From IMG/VR virus record IMGVR_UViG_3300038393_002953: a stretch of DNA of 64,000 bases; one strand, written 5' to 3'. Below the pieces are notes generated by a model. That model was not told the origin of the DNA. It saw nothing but the letters and a program-made list of their open reading frames with translations, and did no database searches. The translations under genes were made by a program, and so were the position numbers. Positions 46,001 through 52,921 of this stretch are shown piece by piece (positions within the stretch are counted from its first letter, which is position 1; each line of letters opens with the position of its first letter). This stretch comes from an uncultured virus (IMG/VR IMGVR_UViG_3300038393_002953) (taxonomy: Duplodnaviria > Heunggongvirae > Uroviricota > Caudoviricetes).

Positions 46001-48138
46001 AGCCGGAGGAGAAGGTCGAGATCCAGAGCGCGATCGACGCCCAGATCGCGGACATCGAGAAGCAGGATCGCGTGATCCTGGGCCTTGAGCTGGATGCGAA
46101 GAGCGTCAATGAGCAGATGACCGCGCTCCAGGAGAAGCTGATCGACGTGGCGTTCCAGTTCCGCGACGTCTGGAGCAACGCGCTCAAGGGCGCGGTGGAG
46201 GACTACTTCCAGTACGTCAACGAGATGCAGATGAAGCAGGTCAAGCTGGGCCGCCAGAAGGATCAGGAGTCCATGATGGACATCTTCATGGCGCCCTCGG
46301 CGGGTATGCAGAAGATGCGCCAGATCCGCGACACCATGTCCGCCAACGAGCAGAACGAGTACGATCGCCGCAAGCTGGAGGACCCCGGCTTCCGCTTCCA
46401 GGAGTCGCTCAAGCAGCGCTTCGAGGAAGGCAAGGGCGCCGCGATGGGCAACCTGGTCAACACGGGCGTGGACGCCCTGACCGGCTTGACCCAGACCGCG
46501 CTCACCGATCCCGACGCGCTCAGCGACATCGGCTCCGCGCTCGGCTCGGGCGACCTCTCGAAGGTCTTCTCGATCGCCAAGGGCCTGAAGGACAAGAACT
46601 CGCCCGAGGCCAAGGCGCAGAAGTCGTTCTCGATGCTCGATCGGGCCAGCACGCAGCTACTCGAAGCGGCACGCGTCCTGAAGGGCGACAAGACCGGCGG
46701 CCTGATCGACTCGACCGCCGAGGAGGTGTGGAGCAACCTGACCGGCGCGTCGCAGACCGTCGGCGCCGCCCGCGCGGACCTCACCCCCGAGCAGAAGGAC
46801 ATGGCGGGCGAGTTCGGTACGGACGTCGCGACGGGCCGCGACCCCTGGTCCAAGAACATCCTCTCGACGTTCGGCAATGACTCGTTCTTCGACGCCAACG
46901 CGGACTGGTTCGGCGACATGCAGAACCACGACTTCATGCAGAACCCGCTGGGTTCGATGGTCGCCAACGCGTGGGACGGCCTGAAGGGCCTGTTCGGACA
47001 GGGCCAGGACGTCGGCAACAAGGTCGTCCAGCAGCTCACCAACGGCCTGGCGGGCAAGGGCGCCAACACCGACATCCTGGGCGGCCTGTTCGGCCACGTC
47101 GCCCCGGCGGCGGGCGGCGGCGCGGGCACGGGCGCGGTCGGCGCCGCTGGCTCCGCCGGGGCGACCGGCACCACCGGCGCTGCGACCGCCGGAACCGTGG
47201 GCGTCGGCTCGCTGGTCGGCGCGGGCGTCGCTGGCACGGTCGCGGGCACCATGGGCGCCAACTGGCTCGGCGACACCTTCTTCTCGGCGGGCATGGGCCG
47301 CAACCAGAAGCAGGCGCGCGACAACAACGGCATGATCGGCGGCGCGATCGGCGGCGCTGCGGCTGGGCTCGGCGTCGGCGCGGCGCTCTCGATGACCGGC
47401 GTGGGCGCGTTGATCGGCGTCCCGCTGATGTTGGCGTCGATCGCGGCGGGCGGCTTCGCTGGCGGCCTGGGCGGCGGCACCATCGGTCGTATGCTCGGCA
47501 CGGGCGACGCGGCCCACAAGGACGACATGCTCGCCGAGCGCGACAACCGCATGGACCAGACCTTCGCCGAGATGCTGGAGGTGCAACGCCAGCTCGTGGA
47601 TGTCACCGCGCAGCAGACCCGCGCGTTGCAGTTCCAGGGGCAGAGCTACGCTCAGCTAGGCGACCTGATCCATCAGGACGTCCACCTGCTCTCGGGCTCG
47701 GCGGACATGTCGGGTCGCGGGTTCGACGCCCGCCTGATCGCCCCGGCGATCCAGATGGGCGTCGGCGCCCTGGTCGCCAACACCCCGGGCTACTCGAACG
47801 GCGGCGACGTGCCGGGCGTGGGCAACTCCGACACCTACCTGGCGCGCCTGACGCCCGGCGAGAAGGTCCTGAACAAGCGCCAGGCGCTCGACTACAACGT
47901 CGGGATGTCCGCGACGGCCCAGATGGCGCGTCAGATGGCCGCCTACCGCACCTCCGATAGCGGCGGGCTTAACCTGCCGGATCGCCACGTCGTCAACATC
48001 GAGTACAACGATCCCGGCTTTTCCCCGGCGCCCGTCACCCAGGAAGTCCAGGTCGCGCGCGCGGTCAGCCCCGGCATGTCCGGCGGCGGCATGAACGGCG
48101 ACATCTTCCGCGAGATCAAGAACCGAGGGCTTAACTAA
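34081..48138 (+). CDS. Giant tape measure protein (4685 aa)
   Basis: Long helical/coiled-coil, Gly/Ala hydrophobic stretches, C-terminal GGDVPGVGNSDTYLARLTPGEKVL motif; position in tail module. Confidence 0.88.
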   Translation: MATDELNPEGNVGVEVLVGLDTGDEGVERLEKALVKLISDVNTRMGAKKLAIFDTTQVQAIEKLSAIMGGMKTKKGSENFQSVTKAFEGQWQNVKNFADQISRVAEQVDRLNGVSFNVMGAQPSAASKHMAEEALRMQREVQQYSHAIAKATVNPAAADMYNKMADGLARVNIEKLQAIQIAFDKMNEGVSGTSVGNFISNIKDMQAAMGEAATDMGDLASHMTMIATTSSQFRRDNPFLSFLLGVDQRLGAVTEKMSAFRGAMQGMASMDFRLPEVVHVGAPAHGVAYQAARPAAPMPPVALPPQPVRPEAPTRPQALVAPTLAPIGGTTAIKDDQFQRAFNHLQELLRFGHAESKNPVVQAASQHLNLSGVVERIEDLLSGKLTRAVKGYQNNEASAEHVRRELAEVSAELKRFEGLRKTIERADEIMDLDGHDDHYDEAHDFATHVNNVLVELSNATRKANEALSRRMEQEASHKKALENFHAAGGDGGGAQALKQYETEMKQFEARMSRYENEMRAWEQKVSEIQAQAAQAHTAQAQVNAQATSQAQAASAAAQRPGTPAAASTAAQATASAVTATAMQPTYDQYPVRDGRTPLQQAMGSLKTRQDISAFFQKTGIGDPRAIALEMGLGASARPAREEQLQGVRMDHVLDAMARASHGKHGFGKKGGPEGTVNKLLASVSAETFALVGDILTNSADHDSPDQAEIRRQIRDLENRPLTRKMTAASARGKAGKASKAVHELNQERKAYAPGHPEYERIGKEIERKNQEIELFTHYADFPDSIPVEEADAAERDEKLSRLRAKLTSKGDSHFANTQKRYDAGKISSDEAMLEVQAQAEELLMQREKISQARQMATGMRGSLTDKLPTSDHDGKQAIEAQVAQIDKNLEYLQSVEATLDHAMVSLSHAMTKLSGGDSPNRARGEELLHAALASLGQKGFSAQALASVVPAEFHDREFATYTPGSGVVKANVLAAARMFDKAPADLSPEELPQVAQRVMEAKLAHDLAHRGLYENMTDTERQGTLLDFGEQYGLDRKRLMRLDKRQNFFDEGKEGYKPMFEDAQMQALAKEMVLERGYTLGKTVDTRLDFLNEVASEAYGRHVSGLDPLQHLGDPHENNPLLRIHAATTWDGQRPPMEPMAAARRSTPARPTFSTPVSMGPKQWRVEVEFLGKRYGLNATKGGEEGIAQVVGILPNLLKTETERKAFKQWRENMYTETRAAESPIKPADPDQVLGDLDKGNKGKVTVTEPGGLAAPAQTTTPPESGKQGKGQGKIKDESDIMPHEGVEVERKPFVREEDFFTPEDFKRRYPNAQAVAEGKSSIASTMVYHTGEIDSKTKNPVMITATTKNGQTYYQKAVSQKEVMGNLAPHDPLLGETLGMFHKGSPRLTEALKAMTGVLNIVPKTILPGQMAHLEAAEAVHDLGYGMRLYQGKTYQMNEHGGATLQPIDDRLIQIMGGDAIAAITKRRDDILEREKLAKGLAQADRRRIAGRIQQIEKMGKSGDMTMFPHIAFGANDQQNLGIGIDEKGQVVVADRYVGSSTKILRGVGKDALGAIPMIAQQYKDDLGADLTKEQREEKVFQHLKAQLGHAVANDQKFFETGEYSKGTHALFSVVNEYQARKDAKAREEAEQKRKEQEADDFAAIPRTTVSKAEQRALEARAKQEEKDRQEAATRRAAEERQRVEDGLKLARMQQGIAPHVSTDGMTPDQIRSEYARRRLASFAQNEAEAQRHAALNSTPDVLAGMKSASKLSDLLKAFGKLDMAAIDPKAAIEALVHFARQMEEVTVISQGEGHAAFYDPTMKQQYTAAIATSRGVEAVGGSKNKVGEYLAANGHIGAKPEVPGAGIKTEAELEAERLNKLSEAIHDAAARGSIQDLVKLFGQLVKEGGDASRVMSAFIRMMNQVEGLKTVASHAPEYHPDGTIKSQTVAYRDPATGKITAMTVRDGRGAISTHADEKAFNAHMTRLDNKPSQAMEMLFDAVERETGKVHRFFRDVDGKILSVAHELLSESETGGLEVGHEALKKAQRYITPEQLEHRWHGLSFHTPEDAQVAFGQMRKTMTERHEGKPNVYGVLNQALKDFSLLDHEGNEVGSADVFRNIKGADNDYTISYVKNGQHRIEMAKTEHEALAKLLMVGADLGKQEQRMAARYIKGRDNVEGARMAFGLDGENARLRIAGGTVANASPIMGLGMLADKIGLGGIPLTPGFQRHRTVYDKDLRQNVVEQEAIIEHHDKESGEKSYHLVTAKYSEDDFRALGKGAKEVLDLDRALDVTTKRMVNMHDVLREGNKINGSYRGGLLALMQEISKWGIGYMAVFAAMEKVKEGLGAIYDASKKVPTEQFKLGENLNVIQGGVGGAEGKGRGNAGAFYTAGGQKMSMQEARAIIKEAEEELASSGVDVEQAVPILGALTASVRQREGANSVSVARDLLKKVGQFSAVNDVDPAALADSLQTIGGTYKLGGEGQDRLMEVMNQTLLNSGGSINAPTYLKAMADSAETFKNAGVGTEGLSLLIGAGMQNASPNQAQRFGSTIPTLMANLKDPEIQRSLQSVFKREHGDLRNMSVPDILGIVLDELGTAEKTGNMTRKDQILQMVNARGQDTLAHMASNSLDKISEMTGGKVTSAKEFFKIAPMLDLDTLKSIGSRFGKRQQLDPALQQKILQAQMQVTIRELGEEVAPTTLMVMKELVEVFKDLNKNSEPLKNSLHGAVELAKVIGGFVIGLADAATRFPRWVLEAFGSHVGNSDKEKMNAQEGVSAPGALPATAQNGAMPPFKAGSLPSVPGEPTEASARHPWTLPGGNFNPLQPMANGLNMWQTDPSISTGMTLGAGALGLFGAYKLHSGATAFKALREEQMLMRQLGQNVSGRQRVGGAMSAIAEMLFPFGGGYARGASGRANELRERLQYQNESSSRLSSLEAAVRGMSGAANAVPGSHDPFAGMNAAMDAADIASNMAGGGAQPRTNAPHAPGAQRPGVLGRISYFARERWQSFTSPTENTLARAMSRGTEKSAAAMERFATFLGRGAAEAARNGEEAGKVATKMAGMGAKISGVAEGLTTFMGALLAIPSAVAALTIGLGVAATAAGIFAIKAAERTHDEKVEVQQQVSNNHADAQVGLLKQYRTDRRMLENRSKTGTAEERKQATDAMSSLNDVMDRFSHDARLQLLPGENETDETYQERLRKVHTEQQDAYVRARRESGANKIVGEEFGKERDAKAEAERVAALKKQGLGPDGKPLTDPNARHDPNEEVIDYQKHLGLSGSFSAEAQWKGQSVQAMEGAGMMNSFTGIRSFLGTQGSFDKRIQDAEAELAQAEQKTNASDPFQQAELRAKRQELDMLKLERQRQNMEQSDRYFSVSNQMMEGRQQGIDQYAQQSRIKKEGGAFSAREDYAIQASVTAEMDSQIEKQKELVKAELQRTDARLRPEKYQQLEVQLMTLTTKQMQAQVNLLKQKLEINAQMYEIGGKLLDFESAIASATKTGGDLSAKKMEISQKHYNMNLSSLAKLMATMKDGNIDNIMKEAIALLTQNANLLEENRNQALQYVSQIGEFVKSYSDLGALWASGEGAKDAMNIQAAMTKEMVAQKDLAIAEATTKEGSIERESAKLKILMAQREVLNAQNALAERQVHVQAELFKTRMQTPYGGAFTANVNDRLGIRNNRDVEMRALSTLLDDNGLKAQGDAMDRNQGRHFSLKRMEDAVGALQARRDALAALNPEANVRKEFGKATASAVKSAKGNAEEIKRLTGLRDVLIGLMGQGATPAQVQSLVRLLPRFKEFAQRENRENFGAHGGVTTPEKTAQAGGSQIGATEDLKGQVTGILGMTASPSTIKEVMDSFSGVVSMKGFDASKLDLSEMAKYLMLWTQLSNATGAVTDAQEKLTRATSMTNDEKKKEIEYQDMLADRLGEEAQLRGKQAALGAQRAHNMRNDVFGGSVYQARERQAKIDEIAARMEKEAAHRDGMVGDLNDLRARMAKAKPEEKVEIQSAIDAQIADIEKQDRVILGLELDAKSVNEQMTALQEKLIDVAFQFRDVWSNALKGAVEDYFQYVNEMQMKQVKLGRQKDQESMMDIFMAPSAGMQKMRQIRDTMSANEQNEYDRRKLEDPGFRFQESLKQRFEEGKGAAMGNLVNTGVDALTGLTQTALTDPDALSDIGSALGSGDLSKVFSIAKGLKDKNSPEAKAQKSFSMLDRASTQLLEAARVLKGDKTGGLIDSTAEEVWSNLTGASQTVGAARADLTPEQKDMAGEFGTDVATGRDPWSKNILSTFGNDSFFDANADWFGDMQNHDFMQNPLGSMVANAWDGLKGLFGQGQDVGNKVVQQLTNGLAGKGANTDILGGLFGHVAPAAGGGAGTGAVGAAGSAGATGTTGAATAGTVGVGSLVGAGVAGTVAGTMGANWLGDTFFSAGMGRNQKQARDNNGMIGGAIGGAAAGLGVGAALSMTGVGALIGVPLMLASIAAGGFAGGLGGGTIGRMLGTGDAAHKDDMLAERDNRMDQTFAEMLEVQRQLVDVTAQQTRALQFQGQSYAQLGDLIHQDVHLLSGSADMSGRGFDARLIAPAIQMGVGALVANTPGYSNGGDVPGVGNSDTYLARLTPGEKVLNKRQALDYNVGMSATAQMARQMAAYRTSDSGGLNLPDRHVVNIEYNDPGFSPAPVTQEVQVARAVSPGMSGGGMNGDIFREIKNRGLN

Positions 48139-48611
48139 TGTCTGAACGCTGGACCATCCGACAAGGCGCCCGGGCGTGGACGAGCGTGAAGCCGTCCACG
48201 GAGTTCCCCGACATCTCCCTGCCGTCCTCGGGCTCCTTCTCGCTGAAGGAGAACCCGACGGAGGTGCAGGAGGATTACCGCCTGCCAATCGTGACCGTGA
48301 CAAACATCAACGGCATGGATATCGACATCGAGCCCTGCGCGGTAAACGGCATCCCCGCGAAGAACCAGAAGCAGACCTTCACGATCCAGCATCTGAACGA
48401 GGAGAACCACCAGCGCCTGAAGCTGCTGTTCTTCAACCGCGTGCCCTTCTACATGGAGACGAACAACTACCAGGCGTCACCGCGCCGGGGCCGCCGCATG
48501 CTCGTGAAGATCCTGGAATACCGTGTCACCTGGCAGGCGATGCGCTACGATCAGCAGATCTACAACGTCTCGATGACTTGCCGGGTGCTGCGGGAGGGCT
48601 ATGGCGTATAA
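48138..48611 (+). CDS. Distal tail protein candidate
   Basis: 157 aa, TAATG overlap with tape measure. Confidence 0.55.
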   Translation: MSERWTIRQGARAWTSVKPSTEFPDISLPSSGSFSLKENPTEVQEDYRLPIVTVTNINGMDIDIEPCAVNGIPAKNQKQTFTIQHLNEENHQRLKLLFFNRVPFYMETNNYQASPRRGRRMLVKILEYRVTWQAMRYDQQIYNVSMTCRVLREGYGV

Positions 48612-48632
48612 TGTTTGAAGAGGGCATCCATA

Positions 48633-49145
48633 ATGTACCGATTCTACACGCTCACGCGCGTCATCCCCACCCCCAACCCGCGCAACCGCCAGCCCGGCGT
48701 GCTGGTGTTCGCCGAGGCGCCGCCCGTCGTCGAGGGCCTCCACGACCTGCCGCGCCAGTCCGTGAAGCTGAACGAGATGGAGACCGGTACGGTCAACCTG
48801 GAGTACGGGCCCGACCCTGCCAACCAGGAGATTCGCCTGACCTTCCAGGCCATCCCCGAGATCGTGATGAAGGCCTGGGAGGACGAGTACCTCGACCCGA
48901 CCAACGTGGACGGCGTGTACGCGCTCTCGGACCACCGGGGGCGCGTCACCAGGGTCAAATGGAAGCGCTTCCGTGCGCAGCTCCAGGGCACGCTGCCCAA
49001 GGAGGACGTGCAGAACTGGCTCCAGCACTACGCCGCGCGCTATGCCCTCGACGACCTCGACCCCGATTACGGCGACATCGCTGATCTCTACCAGGTCACC
49101 ATGGAGTTCTTCGTGGTGCCGGAGCCGCTGATCTACCCCTCATGA
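48633..49145 (+). CDS. Distal tail-like protein
   Basis: LPRQSVKLNEMETGTVNLEYGP shared with next gene. Confidence 0.55.
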   Translation: MYRFYTLTRVIPTPNPRNRQPGVLVFAEAPPVVEGLHDLPRQSVKLNEMETGTVNLEYGPDPANQEIRLTFQAIPEIVMKAWEDEYLDPTNVDGVYALSDHRGRVTRVKWKRFRAQLQGTLPKEDVQNWLQHYAARYALDDLDPDYGDIADLYQVTMEFFVVPEPLIYPS

Positions 49146-50239
49146 TCCGACCCTTCCTGATCAACCAGACGCGATCCAAGGAGATCCACCCGGACGTGCC
49201 CTACCGGCTTCGCCAGGTGGACTTCTCGCTGCGCTTCGAGATCAACCCGGGCCAGGTCGCGGGCTGGTACGAGATCCCCCGACAGATCGCGTCGGTCGCC
49301 GAGATGGAGGTCGGCACGGTCCACCTGGACTACGGCCCGAACGTACGCGCCGGTCGGCTCTCGCTGAGCCATCCGCTCGTCTCGCAGTCGTTTTTGGACT
49401 CGCTGGAGGCGCTCTCGCACCTCTACCGCCTCGGCAACTGGATGCTCTGGAACCACCGGGGCGATCGCTTCGAGGCCGCGCCCACCGACGGCTTCAAGGC
49501 CAAGCTGATCGCGACCATCCCCGGGCTCGACGAGGCCTCTGAGCCCGCCCGCATCGGCGCGCTACCGGGCCGCTACATCTTCGACTACGCGGACTGGTCG
49601 CTGTTCTACGTGCGCGAGGACGGCGGCTGGCTCTACTACGGCGAGGACGGCGCTGATAGGCAGACGCTCGGCCAGGGCACCGACGCGACGGTGGCGAGTT
49701 CGACCGACGGGCGGCGTTACGCGGCCTACGGTCGCGGCGGAAAGCTCTACCTGCGCGCGCAGGACCCCACCGGCGCGTGGCTGCCCGAGATGGGCGTGCT
49801 GCGCACGGGTGACGGACCCGAGGCGGCCTTCGACCCCGCCGCGCGTTACCACAGCCCCTGGCTGGTCAACGTCTTCGGGCGCATGTGGCTGTTCTACCTG
49901 AAGAGCGTGGGGGGTGAAAGCGTGATCCAGTACCGCCTGGAGAGCCAGGACTGGCTGGAGGAGCATACGATCCCGACGCTCGGCGGGCCGAAGGACTCGG
50001 TGCGCGCGCTGACCTACCGGGGATCCCTGGAGGTCCTCTGGATCAACTGGGACGTGACGCGCGACGACTCGACCGCGCGTGTGCCGAACCTCTATATGGT
50101 GCCCTCCACGCCGCCCCAGGTGACCTACGCGACCCGCGAGAACGTGGTCGCCCGACAGGGCAACTACGTCCCCGTCAAGGACGCCGTGCCGCTCCCCTAC
50201 GACGCCCTCGACATCGAATTCTTCTCCGTCACGAGGTAG
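49142..50239 (+). CDS. Distal tail-like protein with inserted beta-propeller-like region
   Basis: IPRQIASVAEMEVGTVHLDYGP; aromatic beta-rich middle. Confidence 0.55.
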   Translation: MIRPFLINQTRSKEIHPDVPYRLRQVDFSLRFEINPGQVAGWYEIPRQIASVAEMEVGTVHLDYGPNVRAGRLSLSHPLVSQSFLDSLEALSHLYRLGNWMLWNHRGDRFEAAPTDGFKAKLIATIPGLDEASEPARIGALPGRYIFDYADWSLFYVREDGGWLYYGEDGADRQTLGQGTDATVASSTDGRRYAAYGRGGKLYLRAQDPTGAWLPEMGVLRTGDGPEAAFDPAARYHSPWLVNVFGRMWLFYLKSVGGESVIQYRLESQDWLEEHTIPTLGGPKDSVRALTYRGSLEVLWINWDVTRDDSTARVPNLYMVPSTPPQVTYATRENVVARQGNYVPVKDAVPLPYDALDIEFFSVTR

Positions 50240-50241
50240 CC

Positions 50242-50823
50242 ATGCGCTTCGAGCCCCCGATCCGACTGAAACGAACCGACGACCTCTGGGACCTGGGTCG
50301 CCAGGCCGAGCCGCGCGCCAGGCGCGTCGCGCTGCACGACTACCTGCCCGAGGTCAAGGCGATCTTCATCCCCGAGCTGCTCTGCCCGATCACCGGCGAG
50401 GTCGCCGCGCGCGCCTTCGGCCCTTCGCCGAACACGATTCTCGATCGCGCGCTGGAAAAGTTCCTGGACGGCTTCCGCCCCAAGGACTTCAACGTGATCG
50501 GCGTCGGCACCGGCGCGGCGGTCCCCAACCGCGTGCAGGACGGGTTGTTGGACGAGAAGGCCCGCGCGGACGGCGGCGCTCCCCACGGTCCCCGTATGAA
50601 CGCGATCACGCAGATCGACTCGACCTCCTGGTCGCTGGAGGCCTACTTCCCGGCGGCCTACGCGAACTACGACCTGACCGAGGCGGGGCTCTGGAACGGC
50701 GTGGCCGGTTACATGAACCGATCGCTGTTCCTGGACCTGAGCGAGAACCCCGTGATCGTCCCCAAGACCTCCGCCTTCCTGCTGCGCGTCACCAGCCAGG
50801 TCGTCGTGGTCCTGAACCCCTAG
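50242..50823 (+). CDS. Tail collar/fibre-attachment-like protein, paralog 1
   Basis: NTI..IGVGTG..ANYDLTEAGL..NRSLF. Confidence 0.6.
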   Translation: MRFEPPIRLKRTDDLWDLGRQAEPRARRVALHDYLPEVKAIFIPELLCPITGEVAARAFGPSPNTILDRALEKFLDGFRPKDFNVIGVGTGAAVPNRVQDGLLDEKARADGGAPHGPRMNAITQIDSTSWSLEAYFPAAYANYDLTEAGLWNGVAGYMNRSLFLDLSENPVIVPKTSAFLLRVTSQVVVVLNP

Positions 50824-50832
50824 GAGGCTGAG

Positions 50833-51618
50833 ATGCTGAAGAGCTGCACGGGCGTCCTGGAGTTCTACGACCGCGAGACCGGCGAGGTCCTGGCGCGCTG
50901 GGAAGACACCAACGTGATCCTGCAACAGGGCATCCAGGGCTTCCTGGGCAACCCCGGGGGCACGAACTGGGTGCCCTGGAACCAGTGGCGTATCCAGATC
51001 GGCACGGGCTACGCGAACCCGCCCGAAGCCGACTGGCTCTCCGGCCTGGACCACCCGATCTGGACGTCGGGCACGGACAACACGACCTACGAGCGCGAGG
51101 GTAAACAGGTCACGGTCACAGCCGAGATCGATCCGCTGGAGGCCAACGGCGATCTCACGGAGGCCTGCCTGTTCTCGAACAAGGCGTTCAACCGCATGAT
51201 GTTCAAGAGCCCGCCGCTGCTGCCCGCCGGGACCTACGAATACTTCGTGGTCAACCAGATCGGCCAGCGCTTCTCGCCGCCCAGCAACATCCAGTCGATC
51301 CCCACCGCCGAGGTCGGCGCGCTGCGTCTGAACTGGAGCCAGCAATACACCGGCATCGTGGACAAATACTGGCTCTTCAGGCGCATCGTGGGCGTCGAGG
51401 ACGACTACAAGCTGCTCGTCGCCACGCCCAACACGTTCTTCATCGACGCGGGCTTCGCCGCCGCGAGCGCGGTGGCGCCCTTGAGCCAGGATCCGGCGAT
51501 CACCGCGCCGTCGCTGGCCTTCCCGCTCTTCTCCCCACAGATCAAGAACCAGCCCAAGGCGCGGACCAAGAACCAGGACGTTGGCGCGCGCATCAAGATG
51601 ACCCTCGGCTTCTCATAG
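50833..51618 (+). CDS. Tail collar/fibre-attachment-like protein, paralog 2 (FN3-like insert)
   Basis: NVI..IGTG..EANGDLTEACLF..NRMMF. Confidence 0.6.
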   Translation: MLKSCTGVLEFYDRETGEVLARWEDTNVILQQGIQGFLGNPGGTNWVPWNQWRIQIGTGYANPPEADWLSGLDHPIWTSGTDNTTYEREGKQVTVTAEIDPLEANGDLTEACLFSNKAFNRMMFKSPPLLPAGTYEYFVVNQIGQRFSPPSNIQSIPTAEVGALRLNWSQQYTGIVDKYWLFRRIVGVEDDYKLLVATPNTFFIDAGFAAASAVAPLSQDPAITAPSLAFPLFSPQIKNQPKARTKNQDVGARIKMTLGFS

Positions 51619-51628
51619 GAGACTCCCC

Positions 51629-52192
51629 ATGTCCGAACCCCGTATCCTCTTCTACGCGCCGACGACGCCCTCCATGACCTACCTGACCAACTTGCCGTTC
51701 CTCGCGGCGGACGGCTCGGCGGCCATCAAGGCGGGCGACTTCAGCGGCAAGCGCCAGATCGCGATCTGGAACAACCCCAACTCCGGCGGCACCATGGATC
51801 CGGCCAGCCCGCCGCCGGGCGGCTACGGCAACACCGGCGCCGACCCGGACAACCCGATCGACGGAGTGGTCAAGGCGCTGAGCGTGGACATCACCTCGCG
51901 CGACAACGCGGCGGGCGGCGCGGTCACGGACGTCGTGACGGGCCGCTGGCTCAACATCTTCTTCCCGAACGGCAACGGCGCCGACGCCGAGGCCAACCAA
52001 CCCGCCGGTTCTCCGGGCAACGCCGACGGCGGCAAGTACGTCGGCATGAACGGCGCGACCTCGCAGGCGGCGGTGATCGGCACGATCAACCCTAACTCCT
52101 ATTTCCTCGTCGAAGCCCGCCTCAAGCCGCCCGGGACCGCGCTCTCCGGCAGCCGCAACTTCGTCATGCGCGTCTCCTACTCCTTCCAGTAG
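51629..52192 (+). CDS. Putative tail structural protein
   Basis: 187 aa, Gly/Asn/Pro-rich, AGGAG RBS. Confidence 0.65.
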   Translation: MSEPRILFYAPTTPSMTYLTNLPFLAADGSAAIKAGDFSGKRQIAIWNNPNSGGTMDPASPPPGGYGNTGADPDNPIDGVVKALSVDITSRDNAAGGAVTDVVTGRWLNIFFPNGNGADAEANQPAGSPGNADGGKYVGMNGATSQAAVIGTINPNSYFLVEARLKPPGTALSGSRNFVMRVSYSFQ

Positions 52193-52201
52193 GTCGCGCG
52201 C

Positions 52202-52675
52202 ATGTCCCGCGACCTCTGGGGTTTCAAGGCCCACTTCACCGTGGAACTCTGGGAGCCGGGTCCGGACGGCGACGAGCGCGTCGCCCTGATCCGCAGCCCG
52301 AACCGCGTCCTGCGTGCCGGGCTCTTCGCCATGGTCACGCAGGGCATCTACCCCAGCCAGTTCGACCACTTCGTGATCGGGACCGGGGAGGCTGCCGAGT
52401 CGGCGGCGCTCCCGGGCCTGGTGGCGCCGCTGCCGGACTCGATCCGCGCGGGAACGCCGCTCGAATTGCCGTTCCCGCAGTGGGGCTTCACCACCACCTA
52501 CCAGCCCGGCGAGGCCACGGGGAACTGGACCGAGATCGGCATGCGCTTCGGCCCGAGCGGCCCCACGATCAACCGCTCGCGTTTCATCGACGGCGCCCAC
52601 AACTACATCGTGGTCCCGAAATACGTCAACCGGCGCGCCACGGTCTCAGTGGTCTTCACCATGTTCAGAGCCTGA
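52202..52675 (+). CDS. Tail collar/fibre-attachment-like protein, paralog 3
   Basis: NRV..IGTG..EATGNWTEIGM..NRSRF. Confidence 0.6.
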   Translation: MSRDLWGFKAHFTVELWEPGPDGDERVALIRSPNRVLRAGLFAMVTQGIYPSQFDHFVIGTGEAAESAALPGLVAPLPDSIRAGTPLELPFPQWGFTTTYQPGEATGNWTEIGMRFGPSGPTINRSRFIDGAHNYIVVPKYVNRRATVSVVFTMFRA

Positions 52676-52676
52676 C

Positions 52677-52920
52677 GTCAACAGCCCCATAACTGAAGCA
52701 AGGGGCTTGTCATTCCAGATTTCGTCGCTCGGGGCAACGCCAACGGAGTGGAACGGACGACAATAGGCCGGTTGACGGATCGGCCCTTCGGGCGCCATTC
52801 GGTCCCGCGATGCCGTCAAGCTAGCACGAAAGGATGTTCGATGCAACAGGCAGTTGCGGCTCACGCCGCCCGCCTTTTCCTTCCCAGATCTGAAGGGCGG
52901 GGTCTCCAAGGCGGTTTCTG
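52677..52920 (+). mobile_element. Non-autonomous IS200/IS605 (IscB/omega-RNA-like) mini-element
   Basis: Starts GTCAAC-AGCCCC..CTGAAG..GGGGCTTG, closing GTTGAC at 52771-52776; ends CCGCCTT..CTGAAG..GGGG..AAGGCGG; followed by ATGAA; lower GC than flanks. Confidence 0.7.
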
Positions 52921-52921
52921 A
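52841..52921 (+). pseudogene. 26-codon remnant ORF inside the mini-element
   Basis: AAAGGA RBS; MQQAVAAHAARLFLPRSEGRGLQGGF; TGA overlaps ATG of next gene. Confidence 0.45.
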
